Below, one piece after another: positions 35,321 through 45,439 of a stretch of 64,000 nt of DNA (position 1 is the first letter of the stretch; each line of letters opens with the position of its first letter). A program made the position numbers and the translations under genes. The DNA lies in the NCBI GenBank assembly GCA_965223325.1, contig CBDCWI010000001.1:1376001-1440000 (forward strand), read 5' to 3'. The stretch comes from Candidatus Multivoradales bacterium (GTDB taxonomy: Bacteria > Acidobacteriota > Thermoanaerobaculia > Multivoradales > Multivoraceae). The notes beneath the pieces were generated by a model. That model was not told the DNA's origin. It worked only from the letters and a program-made list of their open reading frames with translations, and made no database searches.

Positions 35321-37185
35321 CCAGAGGCCGCTAGCTGCCGCTCGAGAGCCGCGCGATTGGCAGCTGCTTCGGCGTAGCTCGGATCGATTTGGCTTGCCTT
35401 TCGAAAGTGCATCAACGCCTCCCTCGCTCGCGACGGGCTGGGAGATTGCTGCATGATCACCACGCCAAGAGCGTTCCAGCTCGGCGCGTGACCAACACGC
35501 GCAGCGACGGCTCGGCGCAGCGTGACTTCAGCGCGCTCGAGTTCACCGAGTTCGACCAGCACGATGCCCAACCGGTAGAGCAGCTCGCCGTCCTCTTTGG
35601 CTGGGTTGCGTGAGAAGAACTCGTCGATCGCCTGGCGGGCACGTTCGATTTCGCCGGCCTCGAGCAGCGCACCAGAGAGATCGTGGATCGCCTGCAGCTG
35701 ACCGGGGCGGAGCCGGGCAGCCTCTTCGAATAGCGGCAGGGCCTCACCCTGGCGACCGCTCTCCGCCAAAAGAACCGCCAGGTTGCCCATCGCTTCGGCG
35801 TCGTCGGGTTGGAACACAAGCGCCTTTTCAAACGACTCGATCGCCGCTTGCCGCTGGCCGTGATTCTTCTGCGTCAGGCCGAGGTTGTAGAACGCCCAGA
35901 AGCTCCCTCCTCGCGCTTCGGCGGCCCGTGTGTATAGGCTCAAGTCGTCGCGCCAGGTCTGGGCCTGGCGCCACGTCAAAACAGACATCACACCCACGAT
36001 AGGGAGAAGGGCCAGCACCGCCACGCGCGGTGCCAGTGCTCGCTGCTTCAAACCGGCCGCTCCCTCCGACAGCCATTTCCAAGAGCCCCAGAACAGTGCG
36101 AGCGAAAGACCGACACTCGGCAGGTAGGTATAGCGATCGGCGTGACCCTGGAGGCCAACCTGGACGATCCCGATCATCGGAACCAACATGCCAACGAACC
36201 ACAGCCAGCCGACCAACCACCACGGCTCGCGGTGCCGAACGCGCCAGGCAGCTGCCGCGATGAGCACCACCAGAACTGCCGCCGGGATCGCCATCGCGAG
36301 AGAGGGTGGTTCGAAGCGGTAGAAGACGGCGAGATCGTGCGGCCACAGGAGCATACTCAGGTAGCGCGGGATCGAAACCGCAGCGTTCGCCAGGCGATCA
36401 GTGAGCGGAAACACATCGAGGCTCTGCACAACCGCGTGCTGCGCCCGGAGCGTCATGGCGATCGACCCCACAACAAGAGCGAAGAAGGGCACCTTCTCAA
36501 GTACCAGGCGCCGCCACAGAGGAGCCTTGCCAGAGCGCATGCGGTCAAGCGGCCAGAGGTCGATGAGGAGTAACACGAACGGCACCGTCACCAGGACCGG
36601 CTTGGTCATCAGCCCGCACGCAAACAAGGCGAGTGCCAGAAGGTAGCGCGCCGTTCCGGGCTTGCTCGCGTACCAGAGCCAGGCCAGCAACAAGAGAGCA
36701 AAGAACAGCGCCGAAAGTGTGTCCTTGCGTTCTGATAACCATGCCACCGACTCGACGTGCAGCGGATGGAGCAGAAAAACGGCCGCAACCGCAACAGCTG
36801 GCCAGAGCGCTCTGGTCGCCAGCCAGGCGAAGACCAGGAAACCGACTCCAGCCGCCGCGTGCAATCCCACCGACACAAGATGGTGCTTGCCCCATTGGTC
36901 GCCAAACAGGTCGACGTCGAGCATGTGCGAGATCCACGTCAATGGATGCCAGTTGTTCGAGTGGGTCTCGAGAAAGGCCCACCGAATGCTGTCTGCAGTC
37001 AGACCGGCAAGGACTGCCGGATTGGTAGTGACGTAGGCGGGGTCATCGAAGCTCACCGGGCCGTGGTTGCGCACCGGGGCGTAGGCCGCGAAGGTGAGAA
37101 CGACGAGTACAACCGCCGCAAGGAACAACGCACGGAGGGCGGGGGACTCCATCCGCTCCGGGCTCCCCTTCTTCGGCTTGCTCAT
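35317..37185 (-). CDS. TMTC-like GT-C membrane glycosyltransferase with C-terminal TPRs
   Basis: FDDPAYV, WHPLT, LHPLHVESVAWLSERKD, LEK, ADRYTYLP, TPRs. Confidence 0.88.
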   Translation of the reverse strand: MSKPKKGSPERMESPALRALFLAAVVLVVLTFAAYAPVRNHGPVSFDDPAYVTTNPAVLAGLTADSIRWAFLETHSNNWHPLTWISHMLDVDLFGDQWGKHHLVSVGLHAAAGVGFLVFAWLATRALWPAVAVAAVFLLHPLHVESVAWLSERKDTLSALFFALLLLAWLWYASKPGTARYLLALALFACGLMTKPVLVTVPFVLLLIDLWPLDRMRSGKAPLWRRLVLEKVPFFALVVGSIAMTLRAQHAVVQSLDVFPLTDRLANAAVSIPRYLSMLLWPHDLAVFYRFEPPSLAMAIPAAVLVVLIAAAAWRVRHREPWWLVGWLWFVGMLVPMIGIVQVGLQGHADRYTYLPSVGLSLALFWGSWKWLSEGAAGLKQRALAPRVAVLALLPIVGVMSVLTWRQAQTWRDDLSLYTRAAEARGGSFWAFYNLGLTQKNHGQRQAAIESFEKALVFQPDDAEAMGNLAVLLAESGRQGEALPLFEEAARLRPGQLQAIHDLSGALLEAGEIERARQAIDEFFSRNPAKEDGELLYRLGIVLVELGELERAEVTLRRAVAARVGHAPSWNALGVVIMQQSPSPSRAREALMHFRKASQIDPSYAEAAANRAALERQLAASG

Positions 37186-37285
37186 CGTGTGCCGGATATC
37201 TACCTTCTGGTCAAGCACAAAAGAGGGGACCATCTGGTCCCCCCTTGCATCATCTAGCGGCTGCTGCCGGCACGGCGACGACTAG

Positions 37286-40200
37286 CTAGAAACGAACCGA
37301 AGCCAACAGACGATACTTCCGCGGCTGCTGGAAGGAACGACGGGAGCGCAACGGAAAACCAGTGCGCGAACTCGTCGAGACCTGCTCCTGCTCCATCGTC
37401 AGGTTGGTGACCTCGAAGCGCAGGCGTCCCTGGACACGGTCGCTCAAGGGGAACGTCCAGGCGGCGCTGGTGTTCAGCCAGTAGTGGTCGTCGTTCTCGA
37501 AGGTCCCGCGCGGCGTCAGGTAGAGGTTGATGCCGGTGTTGCGGGCGTTGTCGAGCAACGACACAGCCGGGTTGGCGGCACCCACCGTCTTCTGCCAGGG
37601 CGAGCCCGACTGGAAGGTGAAGCTACCGCCGACGTTGAGGCTGTGCTTGCCGAAGTTCCAGACCTTGAAGCCGTACGACTTGAAAATGACCGGCCGGTCG
37701 ACCGGCATTTCGCCTTCACGGTTGATCGTCGACAGCGGCTGGCCGATGAACTGCACCATGTCATCGATGCATGAAGCACTGAGTCCCTGGGCGGTGCAGA
37801 AATCGGTGACTTCCCCGGTCGGCAAGGTGACCGGATTGTTGCGCCAGGCCTCGATGATCTGGTCGGTCAAGACGGCGTCCATATTGCGACCGTAGTCATC
37901 GTCGAGGTTGTTGAAGGCGCCGAGGTCGTTGTTGCCGTTACCACCACCGTAGGTGCGGCCTTCGACCTTCGAGAAAGTGATGTTGTTGAACCACGCCCAG
38001 TTGTTGCGGAAGCGGCGGTTGAGCTGCAGCTGCAAGGCCTGGTAGTTGCGGTCGTCGTCCTGGAAGTTGTTGAGGATCTCCTCAGCCATCGCCTCGGTTG
38101 CTGGCGCCCCATTGAACGTCGAGTTGGCGTTCGTGGTGACGAAGTTCTGTGCGAAGTTCGTCGCCCGCAGATTGCCGGCATAGTCGTCGTAGTTGGCAAC
38201 CATCAGGTAGAGGTTGCCGTTGTTGTCGCGCTGAAGAGTCGAGCCAATGAGGTTGTCGACCTCCCAGAAGATGCCCTTCGCGTCGAATGCCCAGTTGTCG
38301 GCGAACTGCCACTCCCACCCGATCACCAGCTCGTCGCGGTGGTAAGGGGAAATGTCGGTGCGATAGAAGCCTTCGTCATTGAGCTCCCACATGCGACCGG
38401 GGCGAACCTCGCCAAGCCGGAAACAATAGTCACCGTGGCCAGGGTTACTCGAGATGGGCAGCCCGAGACTCCCCAGAATCGAACAAATGATTGGCGGTGG
38501 CAACGCCCCGAAGGCGGCACTGTTGACACTCGAGGCGTGCATCAAGAGGTCGTAGGCATTCGATGCCCCGGTCCAGTCCTCCTGCAGATTGGCGTTGACC
38601 AGGAACTGCGGCGTCTGGTTGAAGAAGCGCCCGACGTTCAGGGTCAAGAGCGAACGGCCGTCGCCCTTCATGTCATAGACCGCGTTGAGGCGCGGTGACA
38701 GGTCATCGCTATCGATGACGGTACGACCACGGTCGTTCTTGAGCTCCTGCTGCTCCAGGCGCAGGCCGATGTTGAAGGTGAAGTGATCACCGACACTGAA
38801 ACGATCGCGTACATAGAACCCGAAGTTCTCACCGTCAGACTCACCCGAGCCTTTGGTCAGACCATGGTTGTTGTAGTCGACCAGGAAGCAGCGGGTCTCC
38901 TCACCGAAATTGGCCGGATCGTTGGCTTGACCAATGCAGTTGGTGCTCGACCCGTAGCGGGTGCCGAGCTGGAAGTCGTACGCCTGCTGGATGTTGGGGC
39001 GCTGAACCTCCTGCTCCCAGGCCACCTGCTGCGCGTCGACGCCGTACTTGAACTCGTGGTTGGCACCGGCAAACTGCGTGGCGGCGATGTTGAGCTGCTC
39101 GCGCGGAAAATCGTTTTGGCCGTAGCCCTGGGCAAAGATCCAACCGTTGTGCCAGCTGTTGTCGAAGGCCTGCACGAAGGCGTTGTCGTTGTTGTTCGGC
39201 GATAGTGCACCGAGGCTGGCGTCAGGTGCATAGCGCGGGTCCTGGGCCTTCTGCTCAGGAGTGAAGGGACGACGACGGTTCTCGGTCGAAACCTGGCGGG
39301 CAATCTTGGCTTCGAGGAAGAGCTTCTGGCTGATCGACCAGTTCCACGACAGCGAGTTCACGTCGCCAGAGAGGTCAAAGAAGGTGGCGTTGTAGCGGTC
39401 ACCCATCGCCGGCAGCAGGAAGATGCGATCGACCGGAGCGTCGATATAGGTGTAGGCGATGCTGTGCTCGAAGCTCGGTTGGAAGTTGAGCTTGCCAATG
39501 GTTGCGAACAGCTCGGAGCTGTTGTTGAAAACATGGCCATCGAGGGTCTTGTCGAGCTGGTTGGTCGAGGTCTCACCACGAGCGGCGAACCACCAGGCTT
39601 TGTCCTTCTTGAACCAACCGCCCAGCGAGGCTTCGACGTTGACGTTGTCGCCACCCTGCTCTCCCGGTCCGTAGACCGTCCAGTTGGTCGCTGTCTGAAT
39701 CGCCTGGTCGCGGGTCTGCCCCTGATCGATGAACGTGCGCACCAGGCGTTCGTCCTGCGCCAGGGCCGGCTGCGGATCGTAGTTCTCGTTCCAGCTGTTG
39801 TTGCTGTAGACACCAGCGAGATCGCCATGGAACTTGTTCGAGCCCGACTTGACGATCAGGTTGGTGTGCGAGCCGACGTTGCGGCCGTACTCGGCCGAGC
39901 CGCCGCCGGCTTCGAGGTTGACCTGTTGAAGCGCCGACGTGGGCAGAAAGACGCGGGTTCCGCCGCCACGCATCGAGTACGTGGTGTCGACACCATCGAC
40001 GTAGACGTTCGACTCCTGCCACAGCGCACCGTTGACGGTGGGTCGCGAAGACGAAAGATCAGCCGATTCGGCGTCGTTGGTGACGCCGGGCAGAACCTGG
40101 AGCGCGCCGTAGAAAGAACGCACACTGGCCGAAATCTCGCCGGCCGTCTCGGCTTCCATGGTGGCACCGGCGGTGACGTTGTACTTGTCGACCATCGGTG

Positions 40201-40570
40201 CTTCGGAAGTGACGGTGATCTCTTCCGAGGTCGCGGCCACGCCGAGGCGCAGCTCGACGACATGGCGACCGCCTGCGTCGACCTTGGCAGCACCGAGCGC
40301 CGGCTCCATTCCTTCGAGCTCGGCGCGCAGCTGGTACTCACCCGGCCTGACGAGCCCAAAACGATACGCGCCGGTGTCATCGCTGATGACGCTCTGCTCG
40401 CCGCGCTCACCCACGAGGGTGATGGTGACGCCGGGTAGCGGCGAGCCGTCGGCTGCCGTCACGGTGCCGGTGATGTTGCCGGTCTCGGGACCATCGGCCA
40501 GGGCTGGAGCTGCCGCTACGGCCAGGAGAGCCATCGCCAGCAGGAAGATGAAGGGGATCCTGTATCGCAT
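37286..40570 (-). CDS. TonB-dependent receptor (Oar-like, N-terminal carboxypeptidase-regulatory-like domain)
   Basis: Signal peptide; ITGTVT...PLPGVTITL; LPGV; VDGVD; SAEYG; KSGSNKFHG; C-terminal Phe; GGAGG RBS before ATG 40570. Confidence 0.93.
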   Translation of the reverse strand: MRYRIPFIFLLAMALLAVAAAPALADGPETGNITGTVTAADGSPLPGVTITLVGERGEQSVISDDTGAYRFGLVRPGEYQLRAELEGMEPALGAAKVDAGGRHVVELRLGVAATSEEITVTSEAPMVDKYNVTAGATMEAETAGEISASVRSFYGALQVLPGVTNDAESADLSSSRPTVNGALWQESNVYVDGVDTTYSMRGGGTRVFLPTSALQQVNLEAGGGSAEYGRNVGSHTNLIVKSGSNKFHGDLAGVYSNNSWNENYDPQPALAQDERLVRTFIDQGQTRDQAIQTATNWTVYGPGEQGGDNVNVEASLGGWFKKDKAWWFAARGETSTNQLDKTLDGHVFNNSSELFATIGKLNFQPSFEHSIAYTYIDAPVDRIFLLPAMGDRYNATFFDLSGDVNSLSWNWSISQKLFLEAKIARQVSTENRRRPFTPEQKAQDPRYAPDASLGALSPNNNDNAFVQAFDNSWHNGWIFAQGYGQNDFPREQLNIAATQFAGANHEFKYGVDAQQVAWEQEVQRPNIQQAYDFQLGTRYGSSTNCIGQANDPANFGEETRCFLVDYNNHGLTKGSGESDGENFGFYVRDRFSVGDHFTFNIGLRLEQQELKNDRGRTVIDSDDLSPRLNAVYDMKGDGRSLLTLNVGRFFNQTPQFLVNANLQEDWTGASNAYDLLMHASSVNSAAFGALPPPIICSILGSLGLPISSNPGHGDYCFRLGEVRPGRMWELNDEGFYRTDISPYHRDELVIGWEWQFADNWAFDAKGIFWEVDNLIGSTLQRDNNGNLYLMVANYDDYAGNLRATNFAQNFVTTNANSTFNGAPATEAMAEEILNNFQDDDRNYQALQLQLNRRFRNNWAWFNNITFSKVEGRTYGGGNGNNDLGAFNNLDDDYGRNMDAVLTDQIIEAWRNNPVTLPTGEVTDFCTAQGLSASCIDDMVQFIGQPLSTINREGEMPVDRPVIFKSYGFKVWNFGKHSLNVGGSFTFQSGSPWQKTVGAANPAVSLLDNARNTGINLYLTPRGTFENDDHYWLNTSAAWTFPLSDRVQGRLRFEVTNLTMEQEQVSTSSRTGFPLRSRRSFQQPRKYRLLASVRF

Positions 40571-40777
40571 TCGAGTCAACCTCCGATTCGTGTGCCGGTT
40601 CGTGGGTCGAGATGCCGGCGGGTTTCGGTCCGGGTGTGGTTCTGGTTCTCTAGCAGCTTGAAAGATTCGCCGAGACTACAGCATCGAACACTCGTTCAAG
40701 GGCCTACTGGTCCCGGGAACAGAAACTTCTACCGTCCGGTCGGTCGGGGCGCAATGCGCGCGAGCGCCTCGCGTTTT

Positions 40778-41212
40778 TCAGTCCTGCCCCTTGATCTCCT
40801 CATCCTCGCGACGGTCCGGCCGCGCCTTGACGGTCGAGTAACGCCTGAGGTTGACGGTTCCTGGCGGCGCACCACGCGGCTTGCTGACATCGGCACCGCG
40901 GGCCATGTGAATGTCGACCTGGCCGCCAGCGCGAGCACCCGAGTAGCCGGCCGCCAGGCCAGCAGCAAAACGTTCGGTCTCGCGCGGCAGACGATCGACT
41001 CCGTCAGGGTTTCGAATGACCACATGCGAACCCGATTGCGCAGCAACATGCATCCAGAAGTCTTTGGGGGAGGCGAGTTTGATCGATAGCACGTCGTTGT
41101 CGCGCGCACTCCTTCCTACGAGCACAATGAAACCGTCAGGCGAGAGGAAGCGCCGAGCGATACTTTTGCCACGAAAGATGCCGCGGTCGCGATCGGTCAG
41201 GGGCTGGTTCAT
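40778..41212 (-). CDS. Stand-alone NFACT RNA-binding (DUF814) domain protein
   Basis: VLVGRSARDND, DFWMH, GSHVVI, AAGYS, KPRGAPPGTV. Confidence 0.88.
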   Translation of the reverse strand: MNQPLTDRDRGIFRGKSIARRFLSPDGFIVLVGRSARDNDVLSIKLASPKDFWMHVAAQSGSHVVIRNPDGVDRLPRETERFAAGLAAGYSGARAGGQVDIHMARGADVSKPRGAPPGTVNLRRYSTVKARPDRREDEEIKGQD

Positions 41213-41219
41213 AGGACGC

Positions 41220-43652
41220 ATGGTGTCATTCTCCGGCAACCTACGAACTTCTGGACCGCTTCCTTTGTTCTCCTCGCTGTTTCTCCCCTCGGCTCGAATC
41301 CGTCCGCGCACGACATTGCCGCTCATCGCGAGTGCCATTGTCCTGGCTGCGGCATGTCAGAGCCACGACACCGACAGCTCAGAGAGGGAAGCGCAAACCC
41401 GAGAGGCCAACGCCGAGGTTCCCGAGCAGCCGACCTTTCACCGCGACGTCGCGCCAATCCTCAACGAGCACTGCGTGAGCTGTCACCGACCGAACGCCTT
41501 CGCACCTTTCGCCCTGGTCTCCCATGACGACGCCCAGCGACGCGCAAAGCTGATTGCGACTGTCACCAGAGAGCGGCGCATGCCGCCCTGGCTACCCAGC
41601 GCCAGTGATGGCTCGGTACCGGTGTTTCGTGGCGCCCGCCACCTCAGCAATCGCGACCTCGAGGTCCTCGACCGCTGGGCCACCACCGGCGGCCTGCCTG
41701 GCGATCCTGCCGACGCACCGCCGACGCCCGAGTACTCGACCGGCTGGCAGCTTGGCGAGCCCGACCTGATCCTTACGATGGAGGAATTCACCCTGGCAGC
41801 CGAGGGTGGCGACGAGATTCGGAACTTCGTTTTGCCGCGCGCCCCCCTCGAAGGTCGCTACGTCAGCGCCATCGAGTTCCTGCCCCAGAACCCGCGTGTC
41901 ATCCATCACGCCAACGTCCTCGCCGACACCACCGGCCAGGCCAGGCTGCTCGACAAACGCGATCCCGACCCAGGCTATCGCGGCATGGTGGCAGCGATTG
42001 CTCCCGGTGGTCACTTCATGGGCTGGACGGCGGGCCGCACGGCACGGCCGTTCGAGGAAGGCACCGCCTGGCAGGTCGAGGCCGGCACCGACCTGGTCGT
42101 ACAGCTCCATCTCTTTCCGAGCGGCCGCACCGAGGAGGTCCAACCGTCGGTAGGCCTCTGGTTCACCGACGACCCACCAGAGCGTCAACCAGCGTCTGTT
42201 CATCTAGGAACGACCGCGATCGATCTTGCGGCCGGCGAAGAGGCCTACGAACTCACCGACTCGTGGACGCTGCCCTTCGACGTGCAAGCAGTCGCGATCT
42301 ATCCTCACCAGCACTACCTGGGACGGGCGGTCAAAGTCACCGCAACTGCACCGGAAGGCACTCCCGAGCCCACGGTCCGCACTCTTCTCGAGATCACCGA
42401 CTGGTCGTTTGACTGGCAGGACGAGTACGCCTGGACCGAGTCGGTCACCCTCCGCGCCGGCACCCGACTGGAGGCGCGCTTCGTGTGGGACAACTCGGCA
42501 TCCAACCCGCAGAACCCGCACGACCCTCCCCAGGCTGTGCGCTGGGGCCCGGGTTCGTTGGATGAGATGGGTGATGTGTGGATCGAGGTTCTACCGCTCG
42601 ACTCTCGTGACCTCGTTCCGCTGCGCGCTGCGATCTGGCGACGTGATCTCGAGCTGTCGCTCGCGGCTTTCGAGATCGCGCGGGTCAAACGCCCCGGCGA
42701 CTGGCTTCCTCATGCGCGCAGCGCGCAGGTCCTCTTGTCGTTGGAGCGCTTCGAAGATGCACTGGCACCGCTTCACCAGGCGCTGGCAAGAGACCCAGAC
42801 GACCCCTGGCACCTGCACTACAACCTCGGCCTCGCTCTTTCCGGCTCGGGTCGCTACGAGGAGGCCACTCTGGCGTTTCGCCAGGCTACCCGTGGCCAGC
42901 CCTCCTACGCGCCGGCCTGGGGCAACCTCGCCAACTGCCGGTTGCAGCTGGGTGCACTCGATGAAGCTGCCCAGTTCTGGCAGCGCGCGCTCGAGCTCGA
43001 TCCGAAGGACCCGACGCACCGCACGAACCTGGCGGTGCTCGAGGCAAAACGAGGGCACGAAGAGCGCGCCGAGGCGCTTTACCTCGAGGTCCTGGCCGAG
43101 CATCCGCGGTCGTCGCGAGCGCACGGCAATCTGGCAACTCTGTTGGCCAAGCGCGGCGACCTCGGGCGCGCCACCGCGCATCTCGAAGAAGCGCTGACGA
43201 TCGACCCCAACTATGTCGAGGCGCACAAGAACCTCGCCACCATCGCCGTTGGCCGGGGCGATCTGCCAGGTGCCATCGGGCACCTCGAGAAAGCCGTCGA
43301 GATCGCACCGCGCGACGATGGCGCTCTGGCGCTCCTGGGATTGGCCTACAGCCAGAGCGGCGATCTGGGTCGGGCCCGCACGACGCTCGAGCGCGGGCTC
43401 GAGGTCGCACCACGAGACGGCGGGTTGCACTGGACGCTCGCCGACGTTTTGGCCCTCGAGCAGCGACACGGCGAGGCCATCGAACACTACCGAGCCGCCG
43501 GCGAACTCCTGCGGCCCAACCCAGACCTGGCCTGGAGCACCGCCCAGGCATTGACACGCGCCGGGCGCAGTCGCGAAGCGCTCGCCGCTGTCCGCCGAGC
43601 GGCGGCGCTCGGCCACCCAGAAGCGGAGCGCCTGCTGGCGGGTACGCAGTAG
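41220..43652 (+). CDS. Lipoprotein with heme-c + PHM-like copper monooxygenase domain and extended TPR array (start uncertain)
   Basis: Lipobox LAAAC; CVSCH; MPPW; IHHA, LHLFP, PHQHY, WSFDWQ, DEMG; many TPRs. Confidence 0.82.
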   Translation: MVSFSGNLRTSGPLPLFSSLFLPSARIRPRTTLPLIASAIVLAAACQSHDTDSSEREAQTREANAEVPEQPTFHRDVAPILNEHCVSCHRPNAFAPFALVSHDDAQRRAKLIATVTRERRMPPWLPSASDGSVPVFRGARHLSNRDLEVLDRWATTGGLPGDPADAPPTPEYSTGWQLGEPDLILTMEEFTLAAEGGDEIRNFVLPRAPLEGRYVSAIEFLPQNPRVIHHANVLADTTGQARLLDKRDPDPGYRGMVAAIAPGGHFMGWTAGRTARPFEEGTAWQVEAGTDLVVQLHLFPSGRTEEVQPSVGLWFTDDPPERQPASVHLGTTAIDLAAGEEAYELTDSWTLPFDVQAVAIYPHQHYLGRAVKVTATAPEGTPEPTVRTLLEITDWSFDWQDEYAWTESVTLRAGTRLEARFVWDNSASNPQNPHDPPQAVRWGPGSLDEMGDVWIEVLPLDSRDLVPLRAAIWRRDLELSLAAFEIARVKRPGDWLPHARSAQVLLSLERFEDALAPLHQALARDPDDPWHLHYNLGLALSGSGRYEEATLAFRQATRGQPSYAPAWGNLANCRLQLGALDEAAQFWQRALELDPKDPTHRTNLAVLEAKRGHEERAEALYLEVLAEHPRSSRAHGNLATLLAKRGDLGRATAHLEEALTIDPNYVEAHKNLATIAVGRGDLPGAIGHLEKAVEIAPRDDGALALLGLAYSQSGDLGRARTTLERGLEVAPRDGGLHWTLADVLALEQRHGEAIEHYRAAGELLRPNPDLAWSTAQALTRAGRSREALAAVRRAAALGHPEAERLLAGTQ

Positions 43653-43693
43653 CGGGGCCAGCCGCTAGGATCAGATGCTCCTCTAGGTCGTTG

Positions 43694-44914
43694 CTACCAG
43701 AGGTCGAAGATCAGGATGCGGGCGTCGAGAGGCCCGCTGCGGACCGGAATCCTGCGCGTTGGTTTGAGGCCGACCGCCTTGCCGCGACTCTCGTCACCAG
43801 CCAGAACGACTGCGCGCCAACCCTTGTAGCGTTTCTTGAACAGGTCACCGAGCCGCTTCCAACCCTCGCCTGGGTTCTCGAGCCGCATTCCCCAGGCGGG
43901 ATTCACCGCCACGATGCCCTCACCCGGCGGCGGCGCGGTCGTGAAGGCGTCACCCTCGAGCACTACTGAGCGGTCGGCGAGGCCCGCCAACTCGAGATGC
44001 TCGCGGGCAGCGTAAACGGCCCCGGCATCCTGGTCGACTCCAAGGATGAAGGCCTCGGGATCTGGCGTCGGGATCTCCTCTCTGCGGACCGCTGCGAACC
44101 GTTCTTCATCAAAGCCCGGCAGCCGCTCGAAGGCCCAGCGCTCGCGCAGCACTCCTGGAATGATCCCGCCGCCGATCCAGCCCGCTTCGATCAGAAGGGT
44201 GCCAGAGCCACACATCGGGTCGACGATCGGACCCTTGCCGTCCCAGCCACTGGCGAGAATGCAGGCTGCCGCCAGCTGTTCGCGCAGGGGCGCGGCAATC
44301 GAGGTCTTGCGATAGCCCCGTCGATCGAGCGGCGTCTGGGAGGTGTCGAGCAAGAGCGTCGCCTGGTCGTTCTTGAGCAGGAGGCGCAGCGGGGTCTCGG
44401 CGTGTCGCTTGTCGACCCAGGCGCGGCGACCAAAACGATCGCGCTGGCCATCGACGATGCCATCTTTCGTGCGCAGCGCAATCCACCGGGTATCGCGTTC
44501 CTCCGAGCGGCTCGAGGTCGCCTGGATCGAGAGCGAGCGATGGGGCGCGAACAGCTCTTCGGTGTTCACGCCATCCCACGACTTCTTTCCTGCTGCAACC
44601 AGTTCCCTGGCCCCTTGCGCGAGCGCATCGCCGTCGCCACCAAACCAGCGATCGAGAACCACCAGAACTCGATTGGCGGTCCGCAATCGCAGGTTGGCCC
44701 GCCACACATCCGGCCAGCGCCCGCGAAAGGTGACTGCTCCGCGCTCTTGCTGGCACTCGAGCCCGAGGGCTTTGACCTCACCGGCGAGGATCTCCTCGAT
44801 CCCGAGGCCGCAGATGGCCACGATTTCGAGTGGCCTCGGCGCACGCGAGTGTTTTCTGCCCGAATCGCTAGAATCGAGCGGAGCCGATTGACCTCTGGCC
44901 GAAGGAGTCTTCAT
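43694..44914 (-). CDS. THUMP-domain RNA guanine methyltransferase (RlmL-N-like)
   Basis: GIEEILAGE, NLRLRTANRV, RRGYR, APLREQLAA, DPMCGSGT, NPAWG. Confidence 0.9.
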   Translation of the reverse strand: MKTPSARGQSAPLDSSDSGRKHSRAPRPLEIVAICGLGIEEILAGEVKALGLECQQERGAVTFRGRWPDVWRANLRLRTANRVLVVLDRWFGGDGDALAQGARELVAAGKKSWDGVNTEELFAPHRSLSIQATSSRSEERDTRWIALRTKDGIVDGQRDRFGRRAWVDKRHAETPLRLLLKNDQATLLLDTSQTPLDRRGYRKTSIAAPLREQLAAACILASGWDGKGPIVDPMCGSGTLLIEAGWIGGGIIPGVLRERWAFERLPGFDEERFAAVRREEIPTPDPEAFILGVDQDAGAVYAAREHLELAGLADRSVVLEGDAFTTAPPPGEGIVAVNPAWGMRLENPGEGWKRLGDLFKKRYKGWRAVVLAGDESRGKAVGLKPTRRIPVRSGPLDARILIFDLW

Positions 44915-45371
44915 GAAAGGGTTCGTACGTTGGGCGTTGTTGGCAGCGGTGCTGTGGGGAGCGTGGGCCTACGGTTGGCCGCTGGTCACCGACAAGCTCG
45001 ATGAAATGGCAGGCCGCCAACGTACCAAGGGTGTCACCGAAGGCGCCATCTGCGTGCGTTTTCTCGAGCGAGCCCTGCACGAGTACGAGAGTGTGGCGAG
45101 AAAGTATGAAGCCGGCGACGACACCGCCAAGCTGGCCCGAGCGCTCGCCAAGCCTCTCGAGAGCCTGGACACCGCGCGCACTGAGTGCGGCTGTAACAGC
45201 AGTGCCTGCCGGCGCTCGAAGTCTGCTCGGACTTCCATCGAGGTCGAGATCAAGCGCCTCAAGGCCGCTGCGGCGGACGGTAACCCCTACGATCCGAAGC
45301 GCGGGGTGTCGAACATCAATACGTTGCTCGACGAGATCCGCGACCTGGCGCTAGAAGAGAATCCGCTGTAG
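44913..45371 (+). CDS. Hypothetical membrane-anchored Cys-containing protein
   Basis: GAAGGAG RBS; N-terminal TM; CGCNSSAC. Confidence 0.65.
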   Translation: MKGFVRWALLAAVLWGAWAYGWPLVTDKLDEMAGRQRTKGVTEGAICVRFLERALHEYESVARKYEAGDDTAKLARALAKPLESLDTARTECGCNSSACRRSKSARTSIEVEIKRLKAAAADGNPYDPKRGVSNINTLLDEIRDLALEENPL

Positions 45372-45439
45372 CGTCCGCGCATATTCCCGGCCGGCTTGGA
45401 CTCGATTCAGCCAATCAGATCGTCGAAGCTAGACGCCGA

